Source: Limnoglobus sp.
Lineage (GTDB): Bacteria > Planctomycetota > Planctomycetia > Gemmatales > Gemmataceae
Length of the DNA: 64,000 bases
Direction of reading: 5' to 3'
Assembly (NCBI GenBank): GCA_041742055.1
Contig: JBGSJI010000048.1
Location: forward strand, 6,722 to 70,721
The notes under the pieces were generated by a model that saw only the letters and a program-made list of their open reading frames with translations, ran no database searches and was not told where the DNA came from. Position 1 is the stretch's first letter, and every line of letters starts with the position of its first letter. A program made the position numbers and the translations under genes. Below are positions 59,080-64,000 of the stretch, piece after piece.

Positions 59080-61725
59080 TCAATCCACAAACAGAAACTC
59101 GTTGGTGTTCATCAGAATCCGGCAGAGATTCGCGAGGCCGTGTCTGATGGCGTAGGAAGCGAACTCTTTGTGTTCCTCCAGAGTCGGCTTGCGCCCCCAG
59201 AGGCGGAGACACGCCTCGTCAATCGGATTCTGACATTTTTTGAGGTCCTTCGCCATCGCATGCGAGCAGGCGAGGATGAAGTCGTTGTTCAGAATCGCGA
59301 GCGATTGCGGAGCCGTGATGGAGGCATTTCGTTTCGGTGTCAGCTGCGAGGCGTCGGCGCCGTCGAGGCAATCGACGAGCGGATCGGGCAGCGTGCGGAA
59401 GACGAAGCGATAGACGCTGCGCCGATGCCCTTCCGGCCGCGCCCAGTCGTAACCGCTGTAATCGACGATCGGCGTGACGTGGATGCCGGGCTTCATCGAG
59501 AACTGCTGATCCGAAGGCCCGCCCTGTCGGCGGTCGAGCGTACCGCTTGTCAGCAAGATCGCATCGCGGACCTGCTCCGCGTCGAGCTTTGTGCGGGGCA
59601 TGCGCCAGAGCAGGCGATTCTCGCCGTCGATCGTCAATGGATCATTCGCTACGTTGATAGGTGTAATCGAACGTTGTTTGTAGGTTGCGCTCGTCACAAT
59701 GAGTTTGTGCAGCTTCTTCAGCGAACCTTTGGCGTCATCGCGGAACCACACCGCAAGCCAGTCGAGCAGTTCGGGGTGAGACGGCCGTCCGCCCATTTTG
59801 CCAAAGTCATTCGGCGTATCGACAATACCGCATCCGAAGTGTGACTGCCAGACGCGGTTCACGATCGAACGCCAGAATAGCCCGTTCCTATCGTCCGCGA
59901 TCCAGTTCGCCAGTGCCGCACGTCTCTCACCTTCCGAATGCCCCTCAGGTAATTGAAAGTGGCCTCTCAGTTCCGGAAGGCAATCGATCGTTCCGGGTTC
60001 CATTTCATCAACCGGCTTGTGGATATCGCCACGTCTGAGCAAATGAACAGTTCGCGGTTGGGCCAGCGGCTTGTGGCTACCATCCGTTTCGAAACGGGAA
60101 GAAGCGGCGTAGACGAGCATTCGAGGAGGCAGTGAATTCAGCTCAGTTCGCGTGATCTCAGTCAACGCAAAGAGGTTGATGGTCTTTTGCTGTTCAGACG
60201 TTCGTTTCTCCAGCGAGATCCGGATCAGACGAGCAATGCCGGGAGGAATTCGCTGGCCCAGTTTCGGTTGTTTGTCTGTTGTAACGCTGATGCGAAACCG
60301 GCCGATCAGATGGCCTCCGCCATGCAACTGATCGAGTCGTACTGTCAGGGTTCCGTCTTCAATCGGCTTCTCGAAGGGAAATATGGCTTCGTGCGGTTCG
60401 CCCACTTTGGGGTAGATCCCCCAGGCGGTCGCCGGGTTGTCATCAACAGCATGTTGAATCGTCCAGCCCTGCTGATCAAAATCGCTCACCGGGGCTTTGA
60501 TCGCGACCGGCTTATCATCGATAGTGATCGCAATTTCACTGAGGTGCAGATTGCCGTTGTCCTGCAGGCCGGGGCCCAGATGTGGAAAGGTGTCATCCGT
60601 GAGAAGTTCAAGCCTCAAGGCTGTGATCGGTTTGCGCTGAGTCTGGAATTTGACGGTGTATCGTTCTCGTTCCGGACGTTTCGTGTGCGACGAGCGAATG
60701 GAACCATCGGGAAGCACGGTCAAGGTTGAACCGTGTTCGGCCGCCGAGGAAATGACGGTCACATCGTGCCAGGATTGCGGTTTCGAACTCGATTCTTCTT
60801 CCCATTTCCGGATCGCCGATTGAATCGCTGGCTTTGAGATCAGCTTTTTCCATGTTTCGTCGTTCTTCTCCAGAACGTGCATTCGATTGGTCAATTCCGC
60901 TCGTCGGGCAGCAATCTTCGGATCGGAATCGTAGGCCACATTGCCGCGGCCGACACCGGCAAAGACGGCCTGGAGTTTGTAGATCTCCTCCGCCGTGATG
61001 GGATCGAACTTGTGATCATGACACCGCGCGCACCCCGCCGTCAGGCTGACGAACGTGTTCATGGTCGTTGATATCATGTCGTCGCGATCGAGGTAATGGC
61101 CGATCTGTCGATCAATGCTGTCTTCGCGGATATCACGCAGTGAACTTTCGTCCCACGGACCCGCCGCCAGAAACCCAAGCGCCGCAGTCAGCCCGGGTTC
61201 ATCGGGAAAGAGCACATCGGCGGCGAGCTGTTCGCGGGCAAAGCGTGGGTACGGTTTATCGTCGTTGAAGGATTGGATGAGGTAGTCACGGTAGCGCCAG
61301 GCATCCGGGCGCACGCGGTCCTGATCGTGGCCATGGGTTTCGGCGAAGTGAACGAGATCCATCCAATGCCGTGCCTGCCGTTCGCCATAGTGTGGCGAGG
61401 CGAGAAGACGATCGACGAGCTTTGCGTAAGCCTTCGGATCCTTGTCGTTCAGGAATGTCTCGATTTCTTCAGGAGACGGAGGAAGTCCAGTCAGGTCGAA
61501 GGTGAGGCGGCGAATGAGTGTCCGACGATCCGCCTCGGGCGACGGAGATAACTTGCGTTCGGCCAACTTCGCCCTGATGAATACATCGATCGGATGCGGA
61601 GATTGTGATGACGGTACCGGAGGCGATTTGAGCGATTGGAACGACCACCATCGCGCCGGCGCTTGCGCCATCAGGTGCGAAGTGTCGAGGAGGAACGCGA
61701 GGACGAGGAGAGGAATTCGCATCAA
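59080..61725 (-). CDS. PSCyt2 (DUF1549) + PSD1 (DUF1553) protein without the N-terminal cytochrome c module
   Basis: HPIDVFIRAKL...FDLTGLPPSPEEIETF...LLASPHYGERQARHWMDLVHFAETHG, CARCHDHKFDPI, and C-terminal NTNEFLFVD. Confidence 0.92.
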   Translation of the reverse strand: MMRIPLLVLAFLLDTSHLMAQAPARWWSFQSLKSPPVPSSQSPHPIDVFIRAKLAERKLSPSPEADRRTLIRRLTFDLTGLPPSPEEIETFLNDKDPKAYAKLVDRLLASPHYGERQARHWMDLVHFAETHGHDQDRVRPDAWRYRDYLIQSFNDDKPYPRFAREQLAADVLFPDEPGLTAALGFLAAGPWDESSLRDIREDSIDRQIGHYLDRDDMISTTMNTFVSLTAGCARCHDHKFDPITAEEIYKLQAVFAGVGRGNVAYDSDPKIAARRAELTNRMHVLEKNDETWKKLISKPAIQSAIRKWEEESSSKPQSWHDVTVISSAAEHGSTLTVLPDGSIRSSHTKRPERERYTVKFQTQRKPITALRLELLTDDTFPHLGPGLQDNGNLHLSEIAITIDDKPVAIKAPVSDFDQQGWTIQHAVDDNPATAWGIYPKVGEPHEAIFPFEKPIEDGTLTVRLDQLHGGGHLIGRFRISVTTDKQPKLGQRIPPGIARLIRISLEKRTSEQQKTINLFALTEITRTELNSLPPRMLVYAASSRFETDGSHKPLAQPRTVHLLRRGDIHKPVDEMEPGTIDCLPELRGHFQLPEGHSEGERRAALANWIADDRNGLFWRSIVNRVWQSHFGCGIVDTPNDFGKMGGRPSHPELLDWLAVWFRDDAKGSLKKLHKLIVTSATYKQRSITPINVANDPLTIDGENRLLWRMPRTKLDAEQVRDAILLTSGTLDRRQGGPSDQQFSMKPGIHVTPIVDYSGYDWARPEGHRRSVYRFVFRTLPDPLVDCLDGADASQLTPKRNASITAPQSLAILNNDFILACSHAMAKDLKKCQNPIDEACLRLWGRKPTLEEHKEFASYAIRHGLANLCRILMNTNEFLFVD

Positions 61726-61728
61726 TCG

Positions 61729-62622
61729 CTACTCCTTCCCATGCAGTCGCTGCCAGGCGAGCCCGGGCTTGTCCACGCGAAAAGTCACCACTCGGGAATG
61801 GTCCACTTCCGTTACATAGACGGTTCTGCCATCGGGTCCTCCAAAGCAGAGATTGCTGGGCTTGGTTCCAAGAACATCGATCTCCTTGAGGATCGTCCCA
61901 TCGGGTGTCATCTTGATGACCGTTCCTTTGCCATGCCGCGTGATGTAGAGATTGCCCTCCACATCCACACGCATACCGTCGAAACCGTGATCCTCGAATT
62001 TCCGAATCAGTTTCTTTTCACCCAGCGTCCTGTCCGCCTTGAGCGGGAACGCCCACACGTTGCGTTGCCGGGATTCGTTGACATAGAGCGTTTTTCCATC
62101 CGGGCTGAGATCAATGCCGTTTGTGGTGCCCATGTTCTCCGCCAGTTTTGTCGTGGTGCCGTTCGTGTCGATCCGCCAGAGTTGACCGGTGAGATTGTTC
62201 CAGTCCGGATCGCTGGCGAAGAGTGTGCCGTCGCCGGCGATGGCGAGATCGTTCGGCTGATTCATTTTCGGCTGATGGGCAAATATGGTTATCGCTTTGG
62301 TCTTCGGGTCCACCTTCAGGACGTTGTGCCCGACGTAATCGGCGATGTACATGAATCCAGATTTGTCGAACACGATGCCATTGCCCGTACTCGTGTTGGG
62401 AAGTGTCAGATAGACTTCGGCCTTGCCGTCCGGTGTCACGCGGCCAATCGTTTGTTGCTTGCGAAAGTTGACGACGAAAAGATCGCCGTTTTTGGCGCAG
62501 CACGGCCCTTCGATTCCGGGCGTGAATCCACCGACAAACGGCTTTGCGACAAAGAGCGATTCGCTGTCCTGAGCGCAGACGCCACAAGACATGATGAGGA
62601 TGAGAATCAGGCTGCGGATCAT
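61729..62622 (-). CDS. SMP-30/gluconolactonase/LRE family beta-propeller protein (secreted)
   Basis: Signal peptide. PNDLAIAGDGTLFASDP, TNGIDLSPDGKTLYV, FDGMRVDVEGNLYI and PSNLCFGGPDGRTVYVT. Confidence 0.85.
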   Translation of the reverse strand: MIRSLILILIMSCGVCAQDSESLFVAKPFVGGFTPGIEGPCCAKNGDLFVVNFRKQQTIGRVTPDGKAEVYLTLPNTSTGNGIVFDKSGFMYIADYVGHNVLKVDPKTKAITIFAHQPKMNQPNDLAIAGDGTLFASDPDWNNLTGQLWRIDTNGTTTKLAENMGTTNGIDLSPDGKTLYVNESRQRNVWAFPLKADRTLGEKKLIRKFEDHGFDGMRVDVEGNLYITRHGKGTVIKMTPDGTILKEIDVLGTKPSNLCFGGPDGRTVYVTEVDHSRVVTFRVDKPGLAWQRLHGKE

Positions 62623-62637
62623 GCACGATCCTCTGGG

Positions 62638-63993
62638 TTAGCGATTTTCGAACAGGATCTTCATCGGTTGGCCGATGTTGATGGCGGCGGGGCGGTTTTG
62701 CGGATCGCGGATTTCGCTGTCATGCGGTACGCCGAGTGCTTCGTAGATTGTCGCGCCAATATCAAACGGACTGTAGCTCGGGCTGTTGGGATAGGCTCCG
62801 GTTTTGTCGGATTGTCCGATGACACGGCCACCGACGACACCACCGCCCGCAAACAGGCCGGAGTAGACCTGCGCCCAGTGATCGCGGCCCGGAATGGTCT
62901 GTCCCGGAAGCGTGGAGATCTTGGGCGTGCGTCCGAATTCGCCGAGAATTGCGACGAGCGTATCGTCAAGCAATCCTTCCGTGGTAAGGTCGTCGACGAG
63001 GGCGGTGATGGCCTGATCGAGCCACGGAAGTAACCGGTTCTTCATGCGGCCCCAGTTGTCCACATGAGTATCCCAGCTTTGAACGATTCCCATATTCGCC
63101 TGTATGATCGGTACGCCGGCTTGAACCAATCGGCGTGCTAAGAGAAGCGATTGGCCGAATTGATTTCGTCCGTAGCGATCTCGAGTTGTGACCGGTTCCG
63201 CATCCATCTGGAATGCGCGGGTCACTTGTCCCGAGATCAGCAGCTCCATCGCACGATGCTGATGGCCGCGAAAATCGGGGTCGCCGGCGGATGAGGAATC
63301 CAGACTGTTGAGTAGCGATTGACGGTGCTCCAGTCGCGTCGTGTCGATCCCTTCAGGTAAGGAAAGCGAATCCATACGAAATTTTGGAGAGTTCGGATCC
63401 TGTTTCACCAGAAGGGGATCGTACTGCTGTCCGAGAAACCCCGCATGCTGACCCGGCCAGGTGAGCGGGCCTTCAATAAGGGAATGCGGCAGCGTGACGC
63501 CGTTGGGAATGCCGTCTGATCGCGGACGGAGGTAGTTCAGTCCCGCGGCATAGCAGGGCCAGTCGCGACGGGAAAGCACGTTGTCGAGATCGCTTCCGCG
63601 TTGCAGGGGCATGGTCATGCCCGTGAGCAATCGGTGCGTTCCTGGCAGGTGGCCATTCTCTTTGTGGGAGAGCGACCGTACCAGTGCAAACTGATGCATC
63701 CGTTGTGACAGCTTCGGCAGGTGTTCACAGACTTGAATTCCAGCGACGTTTGTCGCAATCGGTTTGAATTCGCCCCGAATCTCGATGGGGGTATCCGGCT
63801 TGAGATCGAGTGAATCGAGGTGGCTCATTCCACCGGTGAGATTCACGAGTATCACCGAACGGGAGGATCGCGATTTTCTCGGTGTGGCGGCCCGGCTGCG
63901 TGAGAAAAGTATTGTCGATAGACCCAAGCCTAAAGCGCTACTGGCTCCGATTTGGACAAACGCGCGACGATCAACTGTGTGCGAAAACGACAT
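62638..63993 (-). CDS. DUF1501 domain protein (Tat signal)
   Basis: DRRAFVQIGASSALGLG. ILGEFGRTP, GRDHW and family core blocks. Confidence 0.9.
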   Translation of the reverse strand: MSFSHTVDRRAFVQIGASSALGLGLSTILFSRSRAATPRKSRSSRSVILVNLTGGMSHLDSLDLKPDTPIEIRGEFKPIATNVAGIQVCEHLPKLSQRMHQFALVRSLSHKENGHLPGTHRLLTGMTMPLQRGSDLDNVLSRRDWPCYAAGLNYLRPRSDGIPNGVTLPHSLIEGPLTWPGQHAGFLGQQYDPLLVKQDPNSPKFRMDSLSLPEGIDTTRLEHRQSLLNSLDSSSAGDPDFRGHQHRAMELLISGQVTRAFQMDAEPVTTRDRYGRNQFGQSLLLARRLVQAGVPIIQANMGIVQSWDTHVDNWGRMKNRLLPWLDQAITALVDDLTTEGLLDDTLVAILGEFGRTPKISTLPGQTIPGRDHWAQVYSGLFAGGGVVGGRVIGQSDKTGAYPNSPSYSPFDIGATIYEALGVPHDSEIRDPQNRPAAINIGQPMKILFENR

Positions 63994-64000
63994 GGCGAGA

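Overview
This 64-kb chromosomal window has a gene repertoire typical of Planctomycetota. It contains two PSCyt/DUF1549/DUF1553 proteins, three DUF1501 proteins, a DUF1559 protein with a prepilin-type N-terminus, a cytochrome c-WD40 fusion and a 1382-aa ThuA/dehydrogenase/cytochrome c protein. I support about 38 protein genes, one tRNA(CAT), four hairpin terminators between convergent genes and several non-coding repeat families. Housekeeping anchors are rpoB-rpoC, eno, nfo and glgB. Start codons were re-picked where the ORF track began at an upstream alternative start.

The strongest candidate for something new is a self-contained three-gene operon at 36.25-40.06 kb on the minus strand. It encodes TssK, a DotU/TssL protein and a TssM-like protein that ends right after its last transmembrane helix and has a degenerate Walker A. 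No sheath, tube, spike, TssJ or other T6SS gene lies anywhere in the window. Its neighbours are a TonB-dependent-receptor-like outer-membrane protein, a secreted protein that looks like a catalytically dead subtilase, and a 1.2-kb gene-free tract full of nested palindromes and 71/72-bp tandem repeats.

Other notable points:
- A 5.3-kb block of very high GC3 (about 16.48-21.79 kb) has both breakpoints inside intact ORFs.
- Two small repeat families occur. One is MITE-like with a 9-nt VNTR. The other sits about 110 nt upstream of two unrelated genes.
- A MEMO1/AmrB-like protein carries a PqqD-like N-terminal extension.
- rpoBC is uncoupled from rplJL and has a leader of about 0.7 kb.

All functional calls rest on motifs I recognise by eye. 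No searches were run.
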